Below are positions 1 to 8,883 of a DNA stretch of 11,037 nucleotides, piece by piece. The translations under genes were made by a program, and so were the position numbers. The DNA comes from Nitrospinota bacterium (GTDB taxonomy: Bacteria > UBA8248). The notes beneath the pieces were generated by a model that saw only the letters and a program-made list of their open reading frames with translations, was not told the DNA's origin and searched no databases. The DNA lies in contig JAYGFR010000092.1 of the NCBI GenBank assembly GCA_046581755.1, positions 1 through 11,037 on the forward strand. The letters run 5' to 3'. Numbering within the stretch: position 1 is the stretch's first letter; the number at the start of each line of letters is the position of its first letter.

Positions 1-2
1 TC

Positions 3-242
3 CTGGACGAGCCCGCCGCCGGCGTCAACCGGACCCTCCTCCGGTCTCTTCTCGATCACATCCATTACCTCCAGGAGGAGGAAGGAAAAACCATCGTCAT
101 CGTCGAACACGATATGAACGTCATCATGAACCACTGTGAGAAAATTTTCGTGATGGACTACGGGGTGAAAATCGCCGAAGGCCCCCCCGAGGAAATCCAG
201 AACGACGAGAATGTCATCGAAGCATATTTCGGGCGCAAATAA
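3..242 (+). CDS. livG: Branched-chain amino acid ABC transporter ATP-binding subunit, LivG-type (5'-truncated by window edge)
   Basis: Manual translation from base 3: LDEPAAGVNRTLLRSLLDHIHYLQEEEGKTIVIVEHDMNVIMNHCEKIFVMDYGVKIAEGPPEEIQNDENVIEAYFGRK*. Contains Walker B/D-loop (LDEPAAG), H-loop (VEHDM) and a LivG-like C-terminus (IAEGxPxEIQ...VIEAY.G). Stop TAA at 240-242 abuts the livF ATG. Confidence 0.88.
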   Translation: MDEPAAGVNRTLLRSLLDHIHYLQEEEGKTIVIVEHDMNVIMNHCEKIFVMDYGVKIAEGPPEEIQNDENVIEAYFGRK

Positions 243-953
243 ATGGGCTTACTGGAACTGAAAAATATCGATGCGGGCTACGGCCGCATCCAGATTCTCC
301 ACGACGTCTCGCTTGAGGTGAACGAGGGCGAGGTGGTCTGCGTCATCGGACCCAACGGCGCGGGAAAATCCACCACCTTCAAGGTCATCATGGGCTTCAT
401 CAACTATCTGGGCGGTGAAATAACCTTCGATGGAACCGACATCGTCGGTTTGCGGCCCGATCAAGTCCTCGGCCAGGGGCTCGGCTATGTGCCCCAGGGG
501 CGGATCGTGTTCAACCAGATGACCGTGCGCGAAAATCTCGAAATGGGCGCCTACATCGAGCGGGACAAGAAAAAGGTGACCCAGTCGATGGAGAACGTCT
601 TCGAAATCTTTCCCCGCCTCGCCGAACGCCAAAAACAGCTCGGCGGCACCATGAGCGGGGGCGAGCAGCAGATGCTGGCCATGGGCCGCGCTCTGATGAC
701 GCGGCCGAGGATGATCATGATTGACGAGCCCTCGCTGGGCCTCAGCCCCCGGTTCGTGACCGAGGTCTTCGAATTGATCGTCTCCCTCTTGAAAAAAGGA
801 CTCACCATCATGGTGGTCGAGCAAAATGCCGCCCGCGCCCTCGAAATTGCCGATCGCGGCTATGTCCTCGAATTGGGGCGGAACCGCTTCGAGGGAACGG
901 GGCAGGAACTGCTCGACAACCAGGATGTCCGGAGGATGTACCTCGGCGGCTGA
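243..953 (+). CDS. livF: Branched-chain amino acid ABC transporter ATP-binding subunit, LivF-type
   Basis: Walker A GPNGAGKST, Q-loop YVPQGR, signature MSGGEQQMLAMGRALM, Walker B IDEPSLGLSP, LivF-typical VEQNA and C-terminal YLGG. Follows a LivG-like gene. The actual substrate cannot be determined from the ATPase. Confidence 0.92.
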   Translation: MGLLELKNIDAGYGRIQILHDVSLEVNEGEVVCVIGPNGAGKSTTFKVIMGFINYLGGEITFDGTDIVGLRPDQVLGQGLGYVPQGRIVFNQMTVRENLEMGAYIERDKKKVTQSMENVFEIFPRLAERQKQLGGTMSGGEQQMLAMGRALMTRPRMIMIDEPSLGLSPRFVTEVFELIVSLLKKGLTIMVVEQNAARALEIADRGYVLELGRNRFEGTGQELLDNQDVRRMYLGG

Positions 954-1090
954 GCCGGGCCCGGCCATGCCCCCGGCCGGCGGGAGCGCTCACTTCCGCC
1001 CGCTCCGATTCCCGTAACTAATTCAGATTGCTCGCCTTTTCCTCTCCCCCTGGATTGGTGTATTGTTTGCCGCCGAGAGGTGGGAGCGGT

Positions 1091-1732
1091 ATGATTCGCG
1101 TCAAGATTTGCGGCGTAACGACGATCGAAGATGCCCGCCATGCCCTCGATTGCGGGGCGGATGCGCTGGGCCTCAACTTCGTGCCGGGGACGCCGAGGTG
1201 CCTGGACGAGAAGGCCGCCGCCGAAATCGCGGCCCCCCTGCCTCCTTTCGGTTCCCGCGTGGGCATATTCGTGAACGAGGCCGCCGAGCGGGTCGACGCC
1301 ATTGCCCGGCGAGTGGGGCTGGACGCCGCTCAACTTCATGGCGAGGAAACGCCCGAGGAGTGCCGCTGGCTCATCGGCCGCGGCTTGCGGGTGATTCGGG
1401 GGCTGCGCGTTCGCGGGGCGGATACGATCGAAGAAGCCGCCCTCTATCCGGATTGCACGATTCTTCTCGACGCCTATGTGCAAGGGGAGTTGGGCGGGAC
1501 GGGAAAAACGTTCGACTGGTCGCTGGCCCGCGAGTTGGCCGCAACCCGCCCGCTGATTCTTTCGGGGGGCCTGCGGCCCGAAAACGTCGCCGAGGCCGTC
1601 CGCGAGGTGATCCCCTACGGGGTGGATTCGAGCAGCGGGGTCGAAGGTCAAACGCCGGGCCGGAAGGATCCGGAGCGCGTCAGAGCGTTTATCGAAAATG
1701 CCCGCGCCGCCGAAAGCGCGCGCCGGGGCTGA
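1091..1732 (+). CDS. trpF: N-(5'-phosphoribosyl)anthranilate isomerase
   Basis: Motifs [26 protein letters not shown]...[30 protein letters not shown]. Start moved from the ORF-track 1028 to ATG 1091, which has SD GGGAG at 1082-1086 and begins the conserved MxxVKICG N-terminus. Confidence 0.95.
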   Translation: MIRVKICGVTTIEDARHALDCGADALGLNFVPGTPRCLDEKAAAEIAAPLPPFGSRVGIFVNEAAERVDAIARRVGLDAAQLHGEETPEECRWLIGRGLRVIRGLRVRGADTIEEAALYPDCTILLDAYVQGELGGTGKTFDWSLARELAATRPLILSGGLRPENVAEAVREVIPYGVDSSSGVEGQTPGRKDPERVRAFIENARAAESARRG

Positions 1733-1745
1733 TCGCGGAGGAGAG

Positions 1746-2966
1746 ATGGAACAGATCGCCGAGACGGGGAGGTTCGGCGGCTTCGGGGGACGGTTCGTTC
1801 CCGAAACCCTCATGCCGGCCCTCGAGGAGCTCGAGGCCGCCTACGATGAAGCGCGCGAGGATTCCGCCTTTCAAGCCGAACTGGCCGATATCCTCGAAAA
1901 ATACGCGGGTCGGCCGACCCCGCTCTACCATGCCGGCAGGCTCTCGGAGGTGCTGGGCTCCCTCAAGGTCTATCTCAAGCGCGAGGACCTTTGCCACACC
2001 GGCGCCCACAAGATCAACAACACCCTCGCCCAGGTGCTTCTGGCCAGGCGGCTCGGCAAAAAGCGCATCATCGCCGAAACCGGCGCGGGCCAGCACGGCG
2101 TGGCCACGGCGACGGCCGCCGCCCTGTTCGGCCTCGAGTGCGAGGTCTATATGGGCGAGGAGGACATCGGGCGCCAGGCGCTCAACGTATTCCGCATGCG
2201 GCTCCTGGGCGCGCGCGTCATTCCGGTCACCTCGGGCAGTCGCACCCTCAAGGATGCCACCAACGAAACCCTGCGCGACTGGACCGCCTCGGTGCGGACG
2301 ACGCATTACATCATCGGCTCGGTCGTGGGGCCGAATCCGTTTCCGCGCATGATCCGCGATTTCCAGTCGGTCATCGGCCGCGAGGCCCGGGAGCAGATTT
2401 TAAAGGCCGAGGGACGGCTTCCGGACGCGTGCGTCGCCTGCGTGGGGGGCGGAAGCAACGCCATTGGCTTGTTTCATCCCTTCATCGAGGATCGGAGCGT
2501 CGAACTCATCGGAGTCGAGGCGGCGGGTCGGGGCATGGACACCGGAGAGCATGGCGCCTCGCTCAACGCCGGGAGGCCGGGCGTGCTGCACGGGTGCCGG
2601 ACCTATCTGCTCTACGACGATGACGGCCAGATCGTTCCGGCCCATTCGGTATCGGCGGGGCTCGATTACCCCGGCGTCGGCCCGGAGCATTCCCACCTCA
2701 AGGATTCCGGCCGGGCCAGCTACGCGGCGGTGGGGGACACGGACGCCCTTCGGGCATTCTGGAAACTCTCTCTTCTGGAGGGGATCATCCCGGCGCTTGA
2801 GAGCGCGCACGCCATCGCCTACCTCGATACGCTCGCCGGAGAAACCGCCCGGGCGGGCCGGACGAAAACGGTGGTGGTCTGCCTTTCGGGGCGGGGGGAC
2901 AAGGATGTCCAGCAGGCCGAAGGCCTCCTCCGCGAGTTGGAGGATGAAGGCGGAGCGGCCGGGTGA
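1746..2966 (+). CDS. trpB: Tryptophan synthase beta subunit
   Basis: [16 protein letters not shown]-lysine motif [68 protein letters not shown]. Start at ATG 1746 with strong SD GGAGGAG at 1737-1743. Confidence 0.97.
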   Translation: MEQIAETGRFGGFGGRFVPETLMPALEELEAAYDEAREDSAFQAELADILEKYAGRPTPLYHAGRLSEVLGSLKVYLKREDLCHTGAHKINNTLAQVLLARRLGKKRIIAETGAGQHGVATATAAALFGLECEVYMGEEDIGRQALNVFRMRLLGARVIPVTSGSRTLKDATNETLRDWTASVRTTHYIIGSVVGPNPFPRMIRDFQSVIGREAREQILKAEGRLPDACVACVGGGSNAIGLFHPFIEDRSVELIGVEAAGRGMDTGEHGASLNAGRPGVLHGCRTYLLYDDDGQIVPAHSVSAGLDYPGVGPEHSHLKDSGRASYAAVGDTDALRAFWKLSLLEGIIPALESAHAIAYLDTLAGETARAGRTKTVVVCLSGRGDKDVQQAEGLLRELEDEGGAAG

Positions 2967-3790
2967 TGCAGACCTCCGGCAGATTCGAGGCAACATTCGA
3001 GCGCCTTCGGGCGGAAGACCGGGCGGGGCTCTACCCCTTCGTGACGGCGGGCGATCCGGACCTTCCCTTCACCCGGCGCCTTCTTCCGGCGCTGGCCGCG
3101 GCGGGGGCCGACGGGTTCGAGATCGGCGTGCCGTTCAGCGATCCGCTGGCGGACGGGCCCACGATTCAGCGCTCGAGCATGCGCTCGCTCGAAGGCGGAA
3201 CTACGCTGCGGAGCGTCATCGAGCTGGTCGCCAGTGTGCGGGGGGAGATTCCCGATGTCCCGATCGTGCTCATGACCTACTACAACCCGATCATCGCCTT
3301 CGGCCTCAAGACGTTTTGCCAGGAGTCGGCCCGGGCCGGGGCGGATGCGGTGATCGTGCCCGACTTGCCGCCCGAGGAGGCCGCCGAACTGCTTGAAGCG
3401 ATGGCGGAGGTGCCGATCGAGCCGATCTTCATGCTCGCCCCCACGAGCACGGACGCGCGGATCGATCTGGTGAACCGCTCTGGAGGCGGTTTCATCTACT
3501 ATGTCGCCCAGATGGGGGTGACCGGCGCGCGCGATTCGCTGGCCTCCGACATGGGCGACGCCCTGGAGCGGATCAACCGGGTGAAGAACCGCCCGGTGGC
3601 GATCGGCTTCGGCATCAAAACGCCCGCGCAGGCGGCCGAGGCGGGCGCAATGGGCGACGGCGTCATCGTAGGCAGCGCCCTGATCGACGTGATGGAAAGA
3701 GAAGAGGGAGACGAGGAGAAACTCGCGGCGGCCTGCCGTTTTGTCGAGTCTCTCCGCCGGGCGCTGGAAGGATCCAAGACAGCCCCCTGA
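2966..3790 (+). CDS. trpA: Tryptophan synthase alpha subunit
   Basis: FVTAGDP, catalytic Glu/Asp motif EIGVPFSDPLADGPTIQ, LMTYYNP, PDLPPEE, LAPTS, GVTGAR, IGFGI, DGVIVGSA. ATG 2966 overlaps the trpB stop as TGATG, the classic trpB-trpA coupling; GTG 2963 is an alternative start. Confidence 0.96.
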   Translation: MQTSGRFEATFERLRAEDRAGLYPFVTAGDPDLPFTRRLLPALAAAGADGFEIGVPFSDPLADGPTIQRSSMRSLEGGTTLRSVIELVASVRGEIPDVPIVLMTYYNPIIAFGLKTFCQESARAGADAVIVPDLPPEEAAELLEAMAEVPIEPIFMLAPTSTDARIDLVNRSGGGFIYYVAQMGVTGARDSLASDMGDALERINRVKNRPVAIGFGIKTPAQAAEAGAMGDGVIVGSALIDVMEREEGDEEKLAAACRFVESLRRALEGSKTAP

Positions 3791-3835
3791 TCCGGTATCA
3801 ATAACCTTTAGTATCCCGTTGGAAGGAAACAAAGC

Positions 3836-5245
3836 ATGTCGGAAAGAACCTTGTACGACAAAATTTGGGACAGCCACCTGGTCGCCCGGCTCGAATCGGG
3901 CCAGGACCAGATATTCATCGGGCTGCATCTGATTCACGAGGTGACGACGCCGCAGGCGTTCGCCTCCCTGAAAGAGCACGGCGCGCAGGTCGCGTTCCCT
4001 GACAGGACGATCGCCACCGCGGACCACATCACGCCCACGCTGACACAGCTCCGCCCGTTCAAGGACGATCAGGCCGAGACCATGATGGCGGCCCTTGAGC
4101 GGAACGTGGACGAATTCGGAGTCCGGTTTCTCAACTGGAGCACCGGGATGCAGGGCATCGTCCACGTCATCGGCCCCGAGCTCGGAATTTCCCAGCCCGG
4201 CATGACGATCGCTTGCGGCGACAGCCACACGAGCACGCACGGGGCGGTGGGATCGCTGGGCTTCGGCATCGGAACGACCGAGGTGGGTTTTGTCCTCGAA
4301 ACCCAGACCATCGTGCTGAACCGCCTCAAGGTTCACCGCATCGAGGTGAACGGCAAACTGAGGCCGGGCGTTTATGCCAAGGACGTGACCCTGAGAATCA
4401 TTCACGATCTGGGCATCAAGGGCGGCATCGGACACGCCTATGAATACGGGGGCGAGGTGATCGAAAACATGCCGATGGAAGGGCGGATGACGGTGTGCAA
4501 CATGAGCATCGAGGGCGGCGCCCGAATCGGCTATATCAATCCCGACGAGACGACGTATTCCTATCTTGAGGGCAGGGAGTTTTCTCCCAAGGAGGAGGAT
4601 TTCGGCCGTGCGGTGGAATACTGGAAATCCATCGCCTCCGGCCCGGACGCCGCCTACGATCGTGAAACGGAGATCGACGGGGCCACTATCGAGCCCATGG
4701 TGACCTGGGGGATCAACCCGGGCCATTCTATCGGTATCTCCGAAACCCTCCCCGACCCGGATTCCTTCGAGGGCGAGGACAAAAAGACGGCCGAACTGGG
4801 ATACAGGCACATGGCGCTCAAGCCGGGCAGCTCGATTGCGGGAACGAAAATCGACGTGGCCTTCCTGGGTTCTTGCACCAATTCGAGAGTTTCCGATCTC
4901 CGCGAGGGTGCGAGGGTGCTTCGGGGGAACAAGGTCAATCCCAACGTGAAGATGCTCGTGGTGCCGGGATCCCAGAGGATCAAGGCGCAGGCCGAGGAGG
5001 AGGGCCTGCACGAGATATTCATGGAGGCCGGGGCCGAATGGCGCGAGGCGGGCTGCTCGATGTGCCTCGGCATGAACGAAGACAAACTCGTCGGATCCCA
5101 AAGGAGCATCTCGACTTCGAACCGGAACTTCATCGGGCGCCAGGGGAGCCCCCGCGGCAGGACGCACCTAGGCAGTCCCGCCATGGTCGCCGCCTCCGCC
5201 GTCGAAGGGTGCCTGGCCGATCCGTCCGGCATGGTGGGGAAATAA
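3836..5245 (+). CDS. leuC: 3-isopropylmalate dehydratase large subunit
   Basis: [53 protein letters not shown], the three [4Fe-4S] cysteines in GSCTNSR and GCSMCLGMN, and [14 protein letters not shown]-like GGAAGGA upstream. Confidence 0.95.
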   Translation: MSERTLYDKIWDSHLVARLESGQDQIFIGLHLIHEVTTPQAFASLKEHGAQVAFPDRTIATADHITPTLTQLRPFKDDQAETMMAALERNVDEFGVRFLNWSTGMQGIVHVIGPELGISQPGMTIACGDSHTSTHGAVGSLGFGIGTTEVGFVLETQTIVLNRLKVHRIEVNGKLRPGVYAKDVTLRIIHDLGIKGGIGHAYEYGGEVIENMPMEGRMTVCNMSIEGGARIGYINPDETTYSYLEGREFSPKEEDFGRAVEYWKSIASGPDAAYDRETEIDGATIEPMVTWGINPGHSIGISETLPDPDSFEGEDKKTAELGYRHMALKPGSSIAGTKIDVAFLGSCTNSRVSDLREGARVLRGNKVNPNVKMLVVPGSQRIKAQAEEEGLHEIFMEAGAEWREAGCSMCLGMNEDKLVGSQRSISTSNRNFIGRQGSPRGRTHLGSPAMVAASAVEGCLADPSGMVGK

Positions 5246-5246
5246 A

Positions 5247-5849
5247 TTGAGCGACGAAATCAGGCAGATTGGGGGCCGGGCTCTTCCCATGCCCGGCGAC
5301 GACATCGATACCGACCGGATTACTCCGGCCCGTTTTTTGACGGCCATCACGTTCGAGGGGATGGAGAAGGCCCTGTTTTGCGATGAGCGGGAGAACACGC
5401 CGGATCATCCCATCGACAATCCTGCCTACAAGGGCGCGAAAATGCTCTTCGTCGGTAAAAATTTCGGCTCGGGCTCCTCGCGCGAGCATGCCCCCCAGGC
5501 CATCAAGCGGTCCGGAATCGAGGTGATCGTGGGTGTGTCGTTCGCGGAAATTTTTGCTGGAAACTGCCTGGCCATCGGGGTGCCGACGCTGATGGCATCG
5601 GCCGAGGATATGAACCGGCTCATCACCCACACCCAGCAAAATCCGAAGACCGAATACGTCGCCGACCTGGAAAATTTAACGGTGAGCCATGGGAGCGAAA
5701 CTGTCCGGGTGGAAATGCTCGAGGAGCGGCGCCAGTCGTTTCTCAAGGGGATCTGGAACGTCGTGGCGATCCTCAAGTCGAACCTGCCCCGGGTGCGCGA
5801 GGTGGCCGAAAAACTCCCCTATATCACCAATTTTCAGGCGCGGGATTGA
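5247..5849 (+). CDS. leuD: 3-isopropylmalate dehydratase small subunit
   Basis: DIDTDRITPARFL, NFGSGSSREHAPQA, SFAEIFAGNC. TTG start 1 nt after the leuC stop; lies between leuC and leuB. Confidence 0.94.
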   Translation: MSDEIRQIGGRALPMPGDDIDTDRITPARFLTAITFEGMEKALFCDERENTPDHPIDNPAYKGAKMLFVGKNFGSGSSREHAPQAIKRSGIEVIVGVSFAEIFAGNCLAIGVPTLMASAEDMNRLITHTQQNPKTEYVADLENLTVSHGSETVRVEMLEERRQSFLKGIWNVVAILKSNLPRVREVAEKLPYITNFQARD

Positions 5850-5883
5850 ACCGCAATCGTTTTCCAGGAAGGGTGACAAGAAA

Positions 5884-6966
5884 TTGGACAGCTATAAAAT
5901 CGGAGTGATTCCCGGAGATGGGATCGGGCAGGAAGTGACGGCCCACGCGAAAGCCGTCCTCTCGGCGGCGGGCGGGCGCTTCGGCGTTTCGTTCGAGTTT
6001 CGGGACGGCATGGCCGGCGGAACGGCCTACGATGCGGCGGGAGACCCGTTTCCCCCCGAGACGGAGAAACTTTGTGCCGAGAGCGATGCCATCCTCTTCG
6101 GCGCCGTGGGCGGCCCGAAGTGGGACGATCTTCCCCGCGAGAAGAGGCCGGAAGCGGCCATCCTGGGCCTCCGGAAAAAATTCAACCTCTTCGCGAACCT
6201 GCGGCCGGCGGTCATGTTCGACCCTCTCTTGGAGGCATCCACCCTCAAGGCCGAGGCGGTGCGCGGGCTTGATCTCCTCGTCGTCCGCGAGGGCGTGGGC
6301 GGAATCTATTTCGGCGCTCCCCGGATGACCGAGCAGGTCAGTCCCGATGAGGAGCGGGCTCTCGACACGATGGTGTACACATCCTCCGAAATCCGGCGGA
6401 TCGTACGCGTCGGGTTCGAGATGGCTTCGGTGCGGCGGAAAAAACTCCTCTCGGTGGACAAGGCAAACGTCCTCGAAAGCAGCCGCCTCTGGAGAAAGGT
6501 GGCTCAGGAAGTCGCCGGAAAATTCCCGGACGTCGAAACTTCGCATATGTATGTGGACGCCGCCGCGATGGAGTTGATCCGCGATCCGCTCCAGTTCGAC
6601 GTCATCGTCACCGGGAACATGTTCGGGGACATCCTCAGCGACGCGGCTTCGATGCTCACCGGCTCCATCGGTATGCTGGCCTCGGCGAATCTGAACGAGG
6701 CGGATTTCGGCGTTTTCGAGCCCGTCCACGGGACCGCGCCCGACATAGCCGGCCAGGACAAGGCGAACCCCATCGCGGCCGTCATGTCGGCGGCGATGCT
6801 GTGCCGCTATGCGCTCAAGCGAGCCGACATGGCGGAGGCCATCGAGGCCGCAGTCTCGGAGGCGCTGGGCGCCGGCCTCCGCACGCCCGACATCCACACG
6901 CCGGGAACCTCGCTGGTCGGCTGCGCCGAGATGGGCGGCCGCCTGACGGAGCTGGTGGGAGGCTGA
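5884..6966 (+). CDS. leuB: 3-isopropylmalate dehydrogenase
   Basis: IPGDGIGQEV, GAVGGPKWD, RPE...LRKKFNLFANLRP, VVRE..GGIYFG, SVDKANVL, NMFGDILSD, EPVHGTAPDIAG.DKANP. Probable start TTG 5884 (SD AGGAAGGG about 10 nt upstream); the ORF-track start 5689 overlaps leuD and is rejected. Confidence 0.95.
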   Translation: MDSYKIGVIPGDGIGQEVTAHAKAVLSAAGGRFGVSFEFRDGMAGGTAYDAAGDPFPPETEKLCAESDAILFGAVGGPKWDDLPREKRPEAAILGLRKKFNLFANLRPAVMFDPLLEASTLKAEAVRGLDLLVVREGVGGIYFGAPRMTEQVSPDEERALDTMVYTSSEIRRIVRVGFEMASVRRKKLLSVDKANVLESSRLWRKVAQEVAGKFPDVETSHMYVDAAAMELIRDPLQFDVIVTGNMFGDILSDAASMLTGSIGMLASANLNEADFGVFEPVHGTAPDIAGQDKANPIAAVMSAAMLCRYALKRADMAEAIEAAVSEALGAGLRTPDIHTPGTSLVGCAEMGGRLTELVGG

Positions 6967-6968
6967 TC

Positions 6969-7985
6969 GTGGGCGGATTGCGCGTTGCCGTGGCCGGGGC
7001 GACCGGCGCCGTCGGGCGCGAGATGCTGTCGATACTGGCCGAGCGGCGGTTTCCGGCCGCCGAGGTCATCGCCCTGGCCAGTGAGCGGAGCGCCGGAACG
7101 AGCGTCTCCTACGCCGGAGGCCGGATCGTAGTGTCGCGCCTTGGGCATGATTCGTTCGAGGGCGTGGGGCTTGCGCTCTTCTCGGCGGGGGCGGCCCGGT
7201 CCCTGGAGTTTGCCCCCTCGGCCGTCAAGGTGGGAGCGGTTGTCGTCGATAATTCGAGCGCCTACCGCATGGACCCCGAAGTGCCGCTCGTGGTGCCGGA
7301 GGCGAATGCCGAGGCTCTCGCCGCCCACAAGGGAATCGTCGCGAACCCGAACTGCTCGACGATTCAGCTGGTGGCCGCGCTGAAGCCGCTTCGCGACAAG
7401 GCGGGCCTCCGGCGAATCGTGGTGAGCACCTATCAGGCGGTGAGCGGTGCGGGCCAGAGCGCCATCGAGGAACTCAAGGCCCAGGTCGATGCCTATCCGG
7501 ATCCACCCGGGGCGGGGGGAATGCCCCACCCTATCGCCTTCAACTGTGTTCCCCGGATTGACGTGTTCCTCGAAGGGGGCGACACCCAGGAGGAGCGGAA
7601 GATGGTGAACGAGACGCGGAAAATACTCGGCGCGCCGGATCTTCCAGTCAGCGCCACCTGCGTCCGCGTACCCGTTTACAACGGCCACTCGGAGTCCGTG
7701 AACGTCCAGACGGAGCGGCCTCTCTCGCCCGAGGAGGCGCGCATTCTGCTCTCCGCCGCCCCCGGAATCGAGGTTATCGACGATCCCGGCGCGCTCGCCT
7801 TTCCGACGGCCCTCATGGTCTCGGGCCGGGATCCGGTCTACGTCGGCCGTATCCGGCGCGATCCCTCGGCGGAGAATGCCCTGAACCTGTGGATTGTGGC
7901 GGATAATTTGCGGAAAGGTGCGGCCCTGAACGCGGTGCAAATCGCAGAGGTCCTTCTCGAAAAAAATCTATTAAAGGCGGCCTAG
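6969..7985 (+). CDS. asd: Aspartate-semialdehyde dehydrogenase
   Basis: Rossmann motif VAVAGATGAVG, LFSAG, VDNSSAYRMDPEVPLVVPEAN, catalytic ANPNCST, STYQAVSGAG, TCVRVPVYNGHSE, DNLRKGAALNAVQIAE. Probable start GTG 6969 with SD GGGAGG at 6957-6962. Confidence 0.96.
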   Translation: MGGLRVAVAGATGAVGREMLSILAERRFPAAEVIALASERSAGTSVSYAGGRIVVSRLGHDSFEGVGLALFSAGAARSLEFAPSAVKVGAVVVDNSSAYRMDPEVPLVVPEANAEALAAHKGIVANPNCSTIQLVAALKPLRDKAGLRRIVVSTYQAVSGAGQSAIEELKAQVDAYPDPPGAGGMPHPIAFNCVPRIDVFLEGGDTQEERKMVNETRKILGAPDLPVSATCVRVPVYNGHSESVNVQTERPLSPEEARILLSAAPGIEVIDDPGALAFPTALMVSGRDPVYVGRIRRDPSAENALNLWIVADNLRKGAALNAVQIAEVLLEKNLLKAA

Positions 7986-8025
7986 CCATTTGCCGCCGGA
8001 CCCAGGCCCAGAGGAAGAAATTTCA

Positions 8026-8883
8026 TTGCCCCAAGCCAGCATCGGTGTTATCGGAGGAAGCGGCCTCTACGCCATGGAAGGGCTGACCGAAATCGATACG
8101 GTCGAGCTTTCCACCCCCTTCGGCGCGCCTTCGGCCCCCTATGTATTGGGCACCCTCTCCGGAAAACGGGTGGCTTTTCTGCCCCGCCACGGGGTGGGGC
8201 ACGTCTTCATGCCTGGAGAGATCCCCTTCCGGGCGAACATCTATGGATTTAAGGAACTGGGCTGCGAGTGGATCGTTTCCGTCAGCGCGGTGGGGAGCCT
8301 GAAGGAGGAAATTCACCCGGGGGAAATCGTCGTTCCCGATCAGTTCATCGACCTGACGAGGGGCCGCGCCGGCACATTTTTCGGGGACGGCGTGGTCGCC
8401 CACGTTTCGATGGCCGATCCCGTTTGCCCGGTGCTGAGCGGCATTCTCGAGAAAGCGGCTATCCGCGCGGGCGCCACCGTCCACGCCGGGGGAACCTACG
8501 TCTGCATGGAGGGTCCCCAGTTCAGCACCCGCGCCGAGAGTTTCCGCTACCGCGATTGGGGCGCCTCGGTGATCGGAATGACGAACATGCCGGAGGCGAA
8601 GCTCGCCCGGGAGGCCGAAATGAGCTACGCCACCCTGGCGCTCGCCACCGACTATGACTGCTGGCACGAGGAAGAGGAGGCGGTCAGCGTCGAAAACGTC
8701 ATCGCGATTCTCCAGAGCAACGTTGCCCTGTCTCAAAAGATCATCCTCGAAGCGGTGCCCGAAATCGAGGGGCCAAGCCCGTTCGCCGGCATTCTCAAGA
8801 CCGCCATCATCACCAACCCGGCCCATATTTCCGGAGAGGCGAAGAAGCGCCTTCATGCACTCATCGGGAAGTATGTTTTGTGA
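8026..8883 (+). CDS. mtnP: S-methyl-5'-thioadenosine phosphorylase (PNP/MTAP family 2)
   Basis: [68 protein letters not shown], and TDYDCW (DxD typical of 6-aminopurine/MTA-specific enzymes). Probable start TTG 8026 with SD GAGGA at 8011-8015; TTG 7990 is an alternative. Confidence 0.9.
   Translation: MPQASIGVIGGSGLYAMEGLTEIDTVELSTPFGAPSAPYVLGTLSGKRVAFLPRHGVGHVFMPGEIPFRANIYGFKELGCEWIVSVSAVGSLKEEIHPGEIVVPDQFIDLTRGRAGTFFGDGVVAHVSMADPVCPVLSGILEKAAIRAGATVHAGGTYVCMEGPQFSTRAESFRYRDWGASVIGMTNMPEAKLAREAEMSYATLALATDYDCWHEEEEAVSVENVIAILQSNVALSQKIILEAVPEIEGPSPFAGILKTAIITNPAHISGEAKKRLHALIGKYVL

Noticed and set aside
979..1000. Hairpin after livF as an intrinsic terminator
   Set aside because: The stem is plausible but no U-tract follows it, so it is not called as a terminator; it is kept only within the spacer-structure finding.
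967..1017. Small ORF MPPAGGSAHFRPLRFP upstream of trpF as a possible attenuator leader peptide
   Set aside because: No Trp codons, no SD, and no terminator hairpin with a U-tract positioned downstream.
1063..2352. 429-aa alternative-frame + strand ORF over trpF-trpB (also 2464-3396, 8654-9538 and similar)
   Set aside because: Out-of-frame overlap with well-supported genes, low-complexity Arg/Pro/Ser composition and no domain signal.
2819..5167. 782-aa minus-strand ORF, and similar long antisense ORFs (249-968, 860-1813, 5824-6897, 6807-7940, 8023-8886)
   Set aside because: They lie antisense to clearly conserved genes, have no recognisable motifs and are Arg/Gly/Pro/His-rich. This is the expected shadow-ORF artefact of high-GC codon usage.
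5689..5883. ORF-track N-terminal extensions of leuB (also trpF 1028, trpB 1698, asd 6801) suggesting extra domains
   Set aside because: The extensions overlap upstream genes or spacers and lack family similarity. SD-supported starts sit right at the conserved N-termini.
3836..6966. leuCDB as homoaconitase/homoisocitrate dehydrogenase or another paralogous pathway
   Set aside because: LeuC is the long bacterial IPMI type and LeuB retains IPMDH-type motifs (GPKWD, RPE, LRK...FANLRP, GGIYFG). Linkage to asd and trp matches the canonical leucine cluster, and the small motif deviations are not enough to claim new specificity.
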